Part shown: piece by piece, positions 35,912-48,315 of the stretch
Position numbering within the stretch: the stretch's first letter is position 1
Layout: each line of letters starts with the position of its first letter
NCBI GenBank assembly: GCA_038087875.1
Contig: CM075977.1
Coordinates: 16,988,001-17,052,000 of the forward strand
DNA length: 64,000 nucleotides
Reading direction: 5' to 3'
Source: Malacoraja senta
Taxonomy: Eukaryota
The notes under the pieces: generated by a model
What the model was told of the DNA's origin: nothing
Seen by the model: the letters and a program-made list of their open reading frames with translations, nothing else
Database searches by the model: none
Translations under genes and position numbers: made by a program

Positions 35912-36440
35912 GTATAGAGTCATAGAGTAATACACCACAGAAACAGCCCCTTAAGCTCAGTTAGCCCATGCCCACATTTGGCACATATCCCTCTTAACCT
36001 TTCCCATCCATGTACCTGCAAAATGCCTTTTAAATATTATAGTTTCTGCCTCAGCTACCTCCTCCTGCAGCTTATCCCATATACCCACCTCCCTCTGTAT
36101 GAAAAAATTGTCCCTTAGATTCCGAGTAATCATTCCTCTCTCATCTTGAAGCCATGACATATGGTTCTTGATTCCCCTACTCTGTGTACAAGACTGTGCA
36201 CCAGTCCTATCTTTCCCCCTCACGATCTTGGCTACCTCTAGAAGATTATCTCTCATCCTCCTGGGCTCCAAGGTTTGCAGTCTTCGCCTGCCCAACCTCT
36301 CCTTATTGCTTAGGTGAACAAGTCCTGGCAACATCCTCGTAAATCGTCTCTGCAATTTTTCCAGCTTAACAACATCTTTCTTATAGCATGGTGACCAAAC
36401 CTGGAAACAATACTCCAACTGTGGCCTCTCCACATGATAT
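35912..36440 (-). mobile_element. Old CR1 3' fragment
   Basis: RPQLEYCFQVWSPCYKKDVVKLEKLQRRFTRMLPG; catagagt tail. Confidence 0.85.
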
Positions 36441-37414
36441 CTTGGAAATAATCACAATCATGCTCTATTCCAGAAAGCAAAATATTTTTGGGAAATGTAT
36501 TTCTGACCAAAAGGATAACTCATCTGAGCTTCTGGGCCATAAACACCGGCATCTGCTGCACTACTCCTAATGCTCCAGCTCCTGCACATTTTAGGCTTTA
36601 CATTTTAGGCATGCTTCACTTTCTTCTGGCACTTCCTATATCTGACTGTTCACCCACATCCTGTCCTGAAGTGAAAATTTGTTCCATGCAAATGGCTATT
36701 ACGAGAATATTTTGCATGGGTCAGTATGCAGACATTTTTTTATCCCACATTGATCTTTCCATTTTATGTCTGTATCAGAAGGTATGCCAATACATTTAAA
36801 GATTTGAACAAAACATATTGTTTAAGACATTTAGCAGAATCAGCACCCTCAAATAAATATGACAATTTTTTTTCTGATTTTGATTTCAGGCATCTGTTTA
36901 CGTATCAATTCACTTTCAAGTTAAGGGCATGTACAGTAACTCTCTCCTACTTAGCTTTTTTGATCAGTGCTCTCTATGAGTGCATTCCTCACATGAATGT
37001 TCATTCTGGCTATCAAATCTATTATCCAATGTTTTTATGTAGACAAAAGGGTGCCGATACACATGATTCATAAACATACATGTCACACGGCTGGAATGTG
37101 AAATAATGAAGTTTAAATTTTTAGTATGCTGTACCCAGTGCGTACTGCCGCAAAAGCACAGTCTTTATCTATTATTTTGAGGAAAGCCCATTTAGTACAA
37201 ATGTCACACTTCAGATATTGGCTTATATTGGAGACGCAAACAGTGAATATGAAACTGCACGTCTATTTTTATAGCTTGATCCTGAAAAAACTTATTTTGT
37301 TGTTTAAGTCTACTTGATAATCCACTCATCTAATCCGGAGGTTACTGAACTAAGAGTTTAAGAGTCATAAAGGTTCAGAAAACCACATCAGGATAAATGA
37401 CCAGGATGGACCTA

Positions 37415-37710
37415 AGATTCATAGATTCATAGAGTTTTGCATTACAGAAACAAGTTTTCAGCCCAACATGTCTGTGCCAATCAAGATGCATATCTCAACA
37501 TGCATATCCAAATGCTGTTGCCTGTATTTGGCTTATATCGCTGTAAGCCTCTCCTATGCAAGTACCCATCCAAATAATTTTAAAACATTATACAACCTTC
37601 TCTGGCAGCTTGTTCAACATATCCACCACCCTTTGTGTGACTAACCTGCCCCTCGGGTCTTCTTCTCCTCTCACCTTAACCTATGCCCTCTAGTTTTAGA
37701 CTCACCTACT
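37415..37710 (-). mobile_element. Old CR1 3' fragment
   Basis: (catagatt)n tail; ctcaccttaacctatgccctctagtttt. Confidence 0.7.
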
Positions 37711-39204
37711 GCGGCTTGTTTCCCTGCATTCCTGCCTAAATGATCTCAGGATTTCTTCATTTCTGATGTTTTGCAGTCCATGATTTTCATCACTGTACTT
37801 TTGTACCTAAGCCCTAAAGGCTGGAGTTCCTGACCTAAACCTTTCCTCGTCTTTGGCTCTGACTCTCCTCCTTTAAGGCCCTCCTTAAAACCCACCATAC
37901 CAGTTCTAATATTGTTTCTGTCTGATAATGCTCTGCTAAACATTTTGTGATTATTTATTTTTATTAAAGATCCATAAAACTGCAAATTAGAAACCCCCGG
38001 AATACATTCTGAGGTCCCATCTTGTCTTATATGTTGACTTTATCATTATTTTGATAATGTGCCTACATTGCAAAATTCTCTTTTGCATGCAGATATCTTA
38101 ATTCTGCAAGCAGTTCAGCACCACATTATCAGTGACTAAGCCTTTGCTATTGCTTGCGGTCAGATATATGACATAGCGCCTGGTCTTGAGCACCCTTTTA
38201 TTCACTCTTCCAACAATTTTGATGGTTACTGAATCAGTGAAGCAGTGTATTTTGTGCCAGGATAATTATTTTATATTCTGAATTTTGATTATTTCACGGC
38301 AGAAATCACCGGATGCAGTACTGATTCATCTTAGTTAAGAAGATTCCAAGTCTAAGCTTCAGAGAGTGAGTGTGTATTGATTTTAACTTAGATTTAAAAA
38401 AGGATATTGGGGTTAACTTTTATCGTCATGAGGGATCAATGCAGAGCACTGCCTTTCTTTGTGCTATATTGTTGAATGTCAATTTAGCCAGAAAATAATC
38501 ACAATTGAGCTAATTTCCAAGCCAAATTATACGAATCAAAAAAACTTGACCAGGCATTTCCAACCATGAGTCACCATTGCCATCACACCTGACTCTTTGC
38601 AGGGGACTGTATAGTCCTGCAGACGCTCATCATGAGGAACTCCCAGGACAACATGATTCTATTCCTGTAGTGATGAGAGCAATTAAGTGAGGAACTTAAC
38701 TAAATCCTAAATCCTCTCACACTTCTCCCAAACCTGACTGCACTGATCACATTCCTTACACGCTTGGTCTCCAGCCAGCTCCACAACCCCCACAGCTTTG
38801 GCCCCCCTGCTTTCTTCCCCCACACCTTGCTGCTTTCAACCATTCTATTCCAACAAACCCCGTGCCTATGTTTCTGTTCTCCAAATTCCTCCAACTTCAA
38901 AAATTTGCTGCCTTCACTCAATCCCAACCCCATTGCTGTTTCTTACTTTGCTGCTCATTTCCCTCAACACTAGGCCCCAGCCTCCCCAACAGTGCTGCCT
39001 TCATAATCCCACTTCACCCATTCAGTGCTATGCTTTGAGTTCTCCAACCCTCTGACCTGAGGAACAGCTTGGTTTGTGGCTGATCTCAAGCTCAGCCTCG
39101 CGAGAAGAATACAGGTGGCAAATTTACCTGCAGAATAACACCCAGTAATGTGCAAACAAGGACTGAGGCCTCTGGCTTCAGATGCATAGAATATAAGAGA
39201 GCAC

Positions 39205-39635
39205 TTCACCAGAACAGGCCCTTCGGCTCAAAAGCTCTGTGCGGAAATTGATGCCGTCCATCTCTTATCTACCTGCACATAATCCATACTTCTCTATTCT
39301 CTGCATATCTATATAGCTTATCCAAAGGTCTCTTAAATGCGACTATCGTATCTGCTTCAGCCACCAACCCCAACAGCATGTTCCAGCCAGTCATAACCTC
39401 CTTGTAAAAGAGATGCTCTACACATCTCCTTTAAACTTTACCCCTCTCACCTTAACGCTATGCCCTCTAGTATTTTACTTTTCTATCCTGGGAAAAAAAG
39501 TCTGACTGTCTAACGTATCTAGGCCTCTCATAATTGTATATACTATTATCAGATCTCTCTGCAGCCTCTGGTGTTCTAGAGAAAACAATTCAAGTCTGTC
39601 CAACCTCTCCCTGTAGTTAATACCCCTAATCCAGA
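39205..39635 (-). mobile_element. Old CR1 3' fragment
   Basis: YRERLDRLELFSLEHQRLQRDLIIVYTIMRGLD. Confidence 0.8.
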
Positions 39636-39946
39636 TCAAAACTGCACACAACCAGGAATGTAAATTTGCAATCATAGTTGTCAGTTGACAGTCGGATCCT
39701 AGCGTTGTATGATGGTCGGATGGAGGCATGGTTAGGATTGGTCACTATGTTCTCATAAATGACATAGTAAAAGCACTTTAAAGAATAATGGTACATACAT
39801 CAGACTTAAGATGTTATTGTGGAGTTGTACCACAGCAAACATTGATGCCTTCCAGAGTTGGAATCCAAGGTAGAAGACTGAAAAAAAAATCATTTATAAA
39901 AAGCCTTAAAACTGAAGAAGAAAAAAATGCATTTGCAGTTTATCAA

Positions 39947-40590
39947 TTTAGTTTAGTTTTGTTTAGGGATATAATGTGGAAACAAGCCCTTTGGCCCACC
40001 AAGTCCGCACCGACCAGCGATCCCCGCACATTAACAGTATCCTACACACACTAGGGACAATTTACACTTATACCAAGCCAATTAACCTACAAACTTGTAA
40101 GTCTTTGGAGGTGGCCGATTCGGATGTCCAAGTCGCTGAGGATGTCCTCCAGTCCCGACATCGGGCCTGAACATCGGTCCGCCCATAGCGGCGACAGCGG
40201 GGGGTTCGGGAGCCCCCCGACCACGGGAGGACAACAGAGGATGATGACTGAATTTTGGAGCCTTCCCTCACAGTGGGAAACTTTGATCCCGCTGTGTGGG
40301 GATGTCTGTCTTAAAGACTCTCGTGTTCTGTGCTCTTTTTTATTCGTATGGCTGTATGGCGACCACACATTTCACTGTACCAATTGGTACATGTGACAAA
40401 TAAATATATCTTGTAACTTTTCTTTGGACTGTGGGAGGAAACAGAAGATCTCGGAGAAAACCCACGCAGGTTCATGGGGAGAACGTACGAACTCCGTACA
40501 GACAGCACCCGTAGTTCGGATCAAATCCGGGTCTCCGGCGCTGCATTCGCTGTAAGGCAGCAAATCTACCGCTGCGCCACTGTGCCGCCC
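39947..40590 (-). mobile_element. HE1-like SINE, full length with (CTAAA)n tail, interrupted at 40111-40420
   Basis: Reverse complement of the tRNA head and V domain as at 34911; CR1-derived 3' tail ggtgggccaaagggcttgtttcc. Confidence 0.92.
40111..40420 (+). mobile_element. 5'-truncated non-autonomous retroelement of the Rex-tailed group
   Basis: gccttccctcacagtg motif; tail atttcactgtaccaattggtacatgtgacaaataaa; TSD tctttgga (40102-40109, 40421-40428). Confidence 0.8.
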
Positions 40591-40917
40591 GTATGGACAT
40601 TACCTTTCTGAGAAATAAATCTTCAACATAGTGGCAATTCAAGTCAACTTTTTCAGTAACTGTAACTGAGTCCGTGTTAAGTTTATGTCAGGCACTGAGA
40701 GAAAATCATCAAAAGACATTTCAGTATTCAAATAAGATATGACTGAATAACCTGTAATACTTGTTTCAAATACTAATATGTTTGAAACAAGTGGTATTGA
40801 TCTTCTTAATCATGACTCTGTTTATCCCCTAGCAACTCTGTGCCATCTTGATGTAATGTCATACTACTTGTTCCTTTCGTTTAACATTGCATGTCTATCA
40901 GTTCAGAACTGTCACCT
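40591..40917 (-). repeat. Inverted duplicate of the otherwise non-repetitive-looking segment 34597-34910
   Basis: 314 bp versus 327 bp; the length difference equals one 13-bp insertion; few substitutions. Confidence 0.95.
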
Positions 40918-40929
40918 CGATTTCTCCGA

Positions 40930-40977
40930 GATCGAACTTGTGTCTACGGTGCTGCACGCTGTGTTACCATGCCGCCC
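40930..40977 (-). repeat. Orphan HE1 SINE 5' head remnant
   Basis: Minus strand gggcggcatggtaacacagcg-tgcagcaccgtagacacaagttcgatc aligns to the HE1 head with an internal deletion. Confidence 0.65.
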
Positions 40978-41507
40978 AAACAGTTAGCTGTTATATTTCA
41001 GGTAATAGGTATGAAACCAGTGTTGAAATGCTCTCCATATTGGAGACAGAGTGTTAACGGACAGATATTTACATGCTACATACTTCCTGATACCGGAAAC
41101 CAATTGGTTTCCCTAGCCATGCCAACTTAGCCCGAATACAACTTGCGCATAAAGATGAGGCAGGGTTTAGCTGTAAATGTAAATTTCTACTCTTGGATTA
41201 TGCCAGGAGCACGCAGTCAGAAAATGTAATTCACCTGCATGAAGCAGGAATTCACTTTCTTATATATAATAATAAACATCCGAGGAATAGCAGCAGTTAT
41301 AATAAAATGGGTTAGTTGTGCCCCATTTTGCATGTGTAAGGCTTGTCTTAATACCATGATTTGCTTAATTCCATTGTTGAAGTTGGATTTATGCCAGACC
41401 CTGTATCAGATTTTTAACCCATAGATCCCCACAGTAAGTTCCACATATCCAAAGGAGCTTTAATAAAATTGGGACTAGGTTTTCAAGCCAGCTGTTGGAA
41501 TACTGTT

Positions 41508-42277
41508 AACATAGTAACATAGAAAATAGGTGCAGGAGTAGGCCATTCGGCCCTTCGAGCCTGCACCGCCATTCAATATGATCATGGCTGATCATCCAAC
41601 TCAGTATCCTGTACCTGCCTTCTCTCCATACCCCCTGATCCCTTTAGCCACAAGGGCCACATCTAACTCACTCTTAAATATAGCCAATGAACTGGCCTCA
41701 ACTACATTCTGTGGCAGAGAATTCCAGAGATTCACCACTCTCTGTGTAAAATATGATTTTCTCATCTCAGTCCTAAAAGATTTCCCCTTTATCCTTAAAC
41801 TGTGACCCCTTGTTCTGGACTTCCCCAACATCGGGAACAATCTTCCTGCATCTAACCTGTCCAACCCCTTGAGAATTTTGTAAGTTTCTATAAGATCCCC
41901 CCTCAATCTTCTAAATTCCAGCGAGTACAAGCCGAGTCTATCCAGTCTTTCTTCATATGAAAGTCCTGACATCCCAGGAATCAGTCTGGTGAACCTTCTC
42001 TGTACTCCCTCTATGGCAAGAATGTCCTTCCTCAGATTTGGTGACCAAAACTGTACGCAATACTCCAGGTGTGGTCTCACCAAGACCCTGTACAACTGCA
42101 GTAGAACCTCCCTGCTCCTATACTCAAATCCTTTTGCTATGAATGCTAACATACCATTCGCTTTCTTCACTGCCTGCTGCACCTGCATGCCCACTTTCAA
42201 TGACTGGTGTACCATGACACCCAGGTCTCGTTGCATCTCCCCTTTTCCTAATCGGCCACCATTCAGATTATAGTCTG
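41508..42277 (-). mobile_element. Young CR1 subfamily 'A' 3' fragment
   Basis: Near-identical to 745-1510; open C-terminal ORF2 frame 41601..42277. Confidence 0.95.
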
Positions 42278-45200
42278 TTGTTGAATATTCACCTTTAAAA
42301 AATGTTTGCATATTACAGCAGTAATATGTTTACTGAGAGGACGATATCTAAATCAAGTGTATGGAGATCACAGTGTTGTTCATTTGGAATTCATCAAATT
42401 GACCCGAAAGTGACAAGCAGATCATTGAAAAAGATTGTCACAGTTAACTGAGGAAAATTTGCATGTTTGAATAAACAAAACTAATTTACATTTAAGAAAA
42501 ACAGTTCCGAACTTGCAAGTTATTAGTTTACTCAGCGCTGCAGAACATTATGGCATTATGCTATTAATGGGGGCACACTTAACAGAATGGACCTTTCAAG
42601 TAGACATAGACACCCAAAATATGGGATTTCAAGCGCCATCTCTGAATCAGTGTCTGCTCTCTTCTCCATGAGCAAAATAGAAGTTAACAATTCATTCCTA
42701 TCCAGAGCAGAATATCTACTAATTCTGGAAGGGAGTGCAACCTTGATTACATTTTTGCCTAACCACGTAATGCCAATGATCTCTTTCTCGGCATCGCACA
42801 AGGCCGGTGTTGTGGATGCATTGGTGCTTCATAGAATCTACTGCATGTCTCCACATTGGGTGCCCTTCAGTCAATTTTTAAGAAGATTTCTTTCTTTATT
42901 TGAGCTCCTCATCACCTCTCTCAGCCACATCCCTTGACTCCCAAACCATCACCGACACATCTGATATTGGAAAAGCTTGGTAATTAGAATCCTCTCTGAT
43001 ACTTCACAATGAATGGTACAGGTTTTGCCCCTAAATGCAACTCCTTTACATTTGCTCATTCACCTAAATTTGATCTCCAGATTAAATTCCCTGGCTACCT
43101 GTAGCATAAGGGCACATATTGGCTCAATATTTTTGACAGATCTTTAAAATCATTTGTGCCACAAGACTATTCTTCACTGCAGTGGTAACATTCAAGATTA
43201 ATGTTTTTTATTTGCCTGGCCTTATGTTCTGTTCTGAAGAGCTGCTAGTGAAGAATCTTAACAAGTGTAGCAATATTTTGAAGGTTTTGAAGTATGATTG
43301 TCTGCCATAAATTACTACAGAAGTCTTCCAAAATCAATCAGAAAATCTGGTGGCCTCCATTTTTCAAGTCCATATTTTAGAGTATAAGCCAATAAGTAGC
43401 TTCATTCACCAAACGGCTTATTGGGGGAAATTGTTCAACCTCTAGTAATTACATTTTAGAACCAAGCTCATTAGAACCTCAGTAGCTGAGCTGTAGCATA
43501 TAGAACATGCTTGTTTTCATGCATTTCAGGCCATCATCAACTAATTCACTGTATGAGAGAGAGAATGAGCCTTATTATGTTTAACATCTTCAAGATGAAA
43601 GTCTTCTATCAGACGCCCTCCATTACACTGCTCTGCATTCAATGGTACAAGTTAACAAGATCTCTACGTTGTGCAGCACCTGTTATTTCCATTCCTGACC
43701 AGATTCCAGAAACAATCACTCTCATGAGAAGGGATTGGACAAAAGGAAAAAAAACAGGATTAAAAAGTAAAGCCTCTAACAACATGCAAGATCCTCACTG
43801 ACCTACGAATCTCTAGTCCGTACTCGCTAAAGTGGAAAAGAAGCATTCAGGTTGGTATTGAGAAACTGAATCTATGCAGATGCATGATCAATAGCCGATG
43901 TAGGTAACAGAACGAGCGCACCATCTCACACACATCCACCTTGTCAGCCTCCTCCTTCTCTATCTGGAGAAAAATCAGTGGTTACCACATTATCCATCTC
44001 CGACATCACAAAACCAGAGTGGAATCAAATCATCCTTGGTCCCGAAGGACTGCCTAAGAAGGAGTAGTGGCAGAACCAGTTCTGAGCAGTCAATGTTACC
44101 TCAAAAAACAGAACCTTTAGCTTGAGCTTTTTCAAACATTACCACATAAATATCTGGTCTGGTCTCTACAAATGTAGACCTCCCTCACGAATTCTGGGGC
44201 GATATTAAATGGTCAGTTTGGAGCCAGCAGGCAGACTTTTCTCCTCGTTGTGTTCATTCTTTAACATAAAGAGCTGAGTGATCGCCATATGGTCAAGGGG
44301 AATTGAGCTCCATTAATACAGTATATGGAAACTATTAATCTACTTCTGGTTATAAGATAGCTGAGTACTTTAGATACTGACACTACAGAGGCAATATTAC
44401 ATTCTTGATTTCCACATTGAAATACTTGATAAATCTGCACATTGAGCTCACAACCTTTTGGTTATAATAATTGGTTCCTTAGCAGGATTGTAAAACACAC
44501 GTTATTCAATTTCGCCATTTCTAAGTTTTGATGAGTTTAAACAATGAGCATCATGAGCACTCAGCTGATGATTGTAAGCCTTGTGCTGCATCATTTAAGT
44601 CTTTGTTCAGCCTATGCAGGCTATTTTGCACTCTTTCTTTGTCTCACACACTCTCTGTGATCTAAATTAATAAGCTTCTGCTTGTTGCCAAACAAGGCAT
44701 CTGTCCTGTTCCGTCTTTACCAATGCAGCCAAGTTAGCCTTCACTGCGACATTTATCTTTCACTTTGATATTTCATCCACATGGGAGCCAACCTGCATCA
44801 TCCCAGGCAGCAGAGGGAAATGTTTGGTTTCAAACACACTTTTTTGTGCCACTGCTCATGTCTTTCATTGCCTCAACAGATTTAAAGTATGATCTAATTA
44901 GAATGAAATAAATTGTCGTATTGCAATCTAATGAAGACTGGCAGATTTGACTTGTTTCCCACTCACTCCACTGCTCCAAGCAAGCTTCAGTGGCAAAGCA
45001 CCTTGTGACTCCACCATTCTAGTTGGAAGCAGAATGCTTTACTAGAAGAAACCGAAGAACATACAATGTTAGCATATTTCCTGCATGATAGCATTAATCC
45101 TCTTTAATAGTTTCTCATATTGGAATATTGTTTGAAAATTGATTAAGCACATTTATCACAAAGGCTGTCAAAATAATCATTTGGAAAAAATGCAATACAT

Positions 45201-46635
45201 TCATTAGAAACCACTTATTTTTATTTGTAAATTTACACTGATTCAAATCCATGATTTTATGTGCAGCTTAGGATATAATTTCTATGTAATAATTCCTTAT
45301 TTTATAAATGCATGTTCCATTTTTGATCTACCAGCAAGTCTTTTTCAGTGGAGTAAGGGGTATACAGATCCAATGGGGCAGCATTCCAGTTTGCACTGCT
45401 CCATTGAATATTCATATTTCAATGCATACGCTGTTGCCTAAAAGGCTTTTTAATTACAACAACAAGACAAAAAAACTCCTTGGATTCTTTCCAGGCTTGC
45501 TAAATGATAAAATAAGCTTGCACTCTCTCGTTCTTAATCTCCGTAAAGCACCTTGGAGCCTCATCTCAGAAATACTTGCAACTGAATGTGAAAAAGCCAT
45601 TTAAAGATGCAGGTGTGACATTTGATAAGAAACTTCTGGATTAAATATGTTCTGCTAATGAGGAACCCAGCTACCCCCATCAGGGCTAACTGTTGGTTGA
45701 ATTGTGCACAGGCTGATAACATTCCACATGTGAACATTCAAATTCATTATTAATAAACAGCCCAAGTCTATATCAGTAAGGTCTGGATCGGTTAGCAAGT
45801 CAGGGATGTTGTTTCTCATTAACAGAAGACATCAGATCTCCCAGAATGCAGCAAATCTTTTTTTCTCTCTCTGGTCTCATTCAAACTACATTAAAAGTGG
45901 AATGCTAATTTTAACAAGAACTACAAAAAATGCCCTTGTTTTCACAGGCTTTGCAAATTAAAAAAAATCTAGTTTCAATTCTAATTCCAGTGAATGATTG
46001 ATTGTTTAACCCAATCATTATCAAGTTGGGAATAGACTCGTTCTCCACTGCCCTGAGCTAGCTGATTCTGAACAAGTTTACTTCTGGTTGGGGAAGGGGA
46101 GGAGGAGGAAGGGGGAGGGAGTGTTGGTCTACGGCAAGCAGATGGGTAGGGGGTGTGCTGCATTTGTCATCAGTGACACGAAGCTTGGATTTCCATTCCT
46201 ATCTGTACACATGTACAAAATCAGATCATGTTGAAATGTTCTGCTGTTGCCTGGTCTCACAAGAATTTGGTATATATTTGAAGGATGACTAGAAGGACAA
46301 GTTGTGAAGGATGATCATGCCCAAAGACAGTACCTGGTAAATAGCCAACAACTTCAGGGGAAGTGGTGGGGGATGGGGTGGGGGGGGGGGGGACGGAGAA
46401 AATAATGAGTGCAACAGGAAGGAAAAGACAACTTTAGCTGATAATAAGTAAGTCTTCCCTATCTTTATTTTATGTTATTTTATATTACCAATATCTAATT
46501 TTTTTTTTAATTCAGAACAATATCTATTCATTTATCCTGCCACTCTCCTCTCCACGATTTCTACTCCATATTGGATCAATTCATGTATATGAATGATAAG
46601 AATTTCTGAAGTACATAACATCTTAGTTGCTCGAG

Positions 46636-46770
46636 TGTAGGAAGGAATTGCAGATGCTGGTTTAAACCAAAGATAGGCACAAAATGCTGGAGTAACTCAG
46701 CGGGAAAGGCAGCATCTCTGGAGAGAAGGAATGGGTGACGTTTCAGGTTGAGACCATTCTTCAGACTGAA
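46636..46770 (-). mobile_element. Penelope pLTR fragment with hammerhead-like core (46737-46764)
   Basis: Minus strand CTGAAGA-ATGGT(CTCA)ACCT-GAAA-C-GTC followed by acccattccttctctccagagatgctgcc. Confidence 0.8.
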
Positions 46771-48159
46771 GGACATCAGTCCATTTACAGTTTTTTCAAG
46801 ATAATCTTCCGTTGATTTTGTCTTTCTAGCCCTTGTTAAAATATTTTTCTCACTTATATGCTTGTGTCCAAGCTCATTTTCTGTCCATGCACATGACGAT
46901 GTATCAGTTTCAGCTCCTCCCATGGCAGGGATGTAAGTATATTCCACATAATGTTTCACAGGAAGAAGGATGAATGAACACAGAGTTACATGACGGATAT
47001 TTCTTTGTGGCTCATCAGGGAGTAGCAGATTGTTTGTGGAGCTGGTAGGAACTTTACAATGCCTTGAAAAATCCATAGGTTAAAATGCTGTGAATACACT
47101 CAGGGGGAACATCCAGAGGAAAGGTTTGACCAACAGTTAACAGTTACAAAAGATGCTATGGACATTCTTAAAGTAGAATCACCTAAAAAAAAAACAAATG
47201 GTTTGTGCTGAGAAATGTACCATCAATCAGCAGTACAAACACTAAATTATCTGAAATTTATTCTGTTGATGTTAGTGGAATTCCTGAGACAGAGGAGACT
47301 GTGTTGAAGCTTCCAGCACTATTGACTTTCACCCTCTTAATTATTTTGCTTTTCTCCTGTTTATTCTTTTTTTTTGAAGAGCACATGCTTGCAATTTCCT
47401 TTGCTTTTTAGAATATCTAACTAAATTGCAAATATTTCTCAAGAAAACAATTGTTGATTTTTAATGTTAGAATGTGTAATGAAAGTAGAAACATTGCTGC
47501 CAATGAAAAACTGAAATTAACAGTATTATGTAAATTATCAGATAGTTTTTTCAAGGAAACTACTAACCACCCAGTGATTTAAAGAGTTTTTTAAAATCAG
47601 ATTTTGGGGTTTTAGTGGCCATCGTGAATTCACCAAGCTTTGCTGTTTAAACATTTGCTATCACTTGAAATCTTCAGGTTACATTGGATTATCATGGGTA
47701 TTTTTGTATTTTTCAGACATAAGAACATGCTGGTGTGAATGTTCCAGTTGGATTTTATCTATAGTAGTTTGTGTAATCGTTAAAATTAAATATGTAAAAC
47801 ATGGAGATCCATCTCTGCTTAAAAAGAAAACATTAAAACAATGTTGCCTGAAGCATCCACCTCAGTTTCATGCCAAATTGTGGTGGAGTGACACTGATCC
47901 CTGGCTGTGTGCACACGGAGAAACAAAATTGGCCTGACATATTTAGGGAACAGCATTACTCTGAGGGATGTATCTTGGGACACAAAAGGTACCCTCTGCT
48001 TTTATAGATTCTGACATGTGTGCACACTGCAATCACTCCAACGAAAATATATGGGATTACAAATACAATAGCCTTCTCATGCTATGATTTCAGGGATATA
48101 GTTCAAAATGCCTACAACACGCTCTATTACCTAGGCAGTAAGGATATAACTCATGGAGA

Positions 48160-48315
48160 CACATGGAACCGCAGATGTTGGAATCTTAAGCAAAACACAA
48201 AGTGCTGGACGAATGCAGCTTCCCCTCCCACCCCCACTACATCAGTCTGAAGAAGAGTTCCAACCCGAAACATCGTCCTTACATTCCCTCCAAGATGCTG
48301 CCTGACCCACTGAAA
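48160..48315 (+). mobile_element. Penelope pLTR fragments (inverted junction) with hammerhead-like core at 48247-48274
   Basis: CTGAAGA-AGAGTT(CC)AACCC-GAAA-C-ATC; agatgctgcctgacccactga. Confidence 0.7.

Noticed and set aside
34597-40917. Inverted repeats as TIRs of one 6.3-kb foldback transposon
   Set aside because: There is no TSD, the arms run into ordinary SINEs, the interior is a mix of old repeats, and an orphan SINE head outside the right arm favours repair-mediated copying.
42556-42937. Overlapping 81-aa and 116-aa ORFs as a host exon
   Set aside because: No recognisable domain and no convincing splice-site pair.
46576-47076. 166-aa ORF as a host gene
   Set aside because: The C-terminal part is Penelope pLTR sequence and the rest has no recognisable homology.
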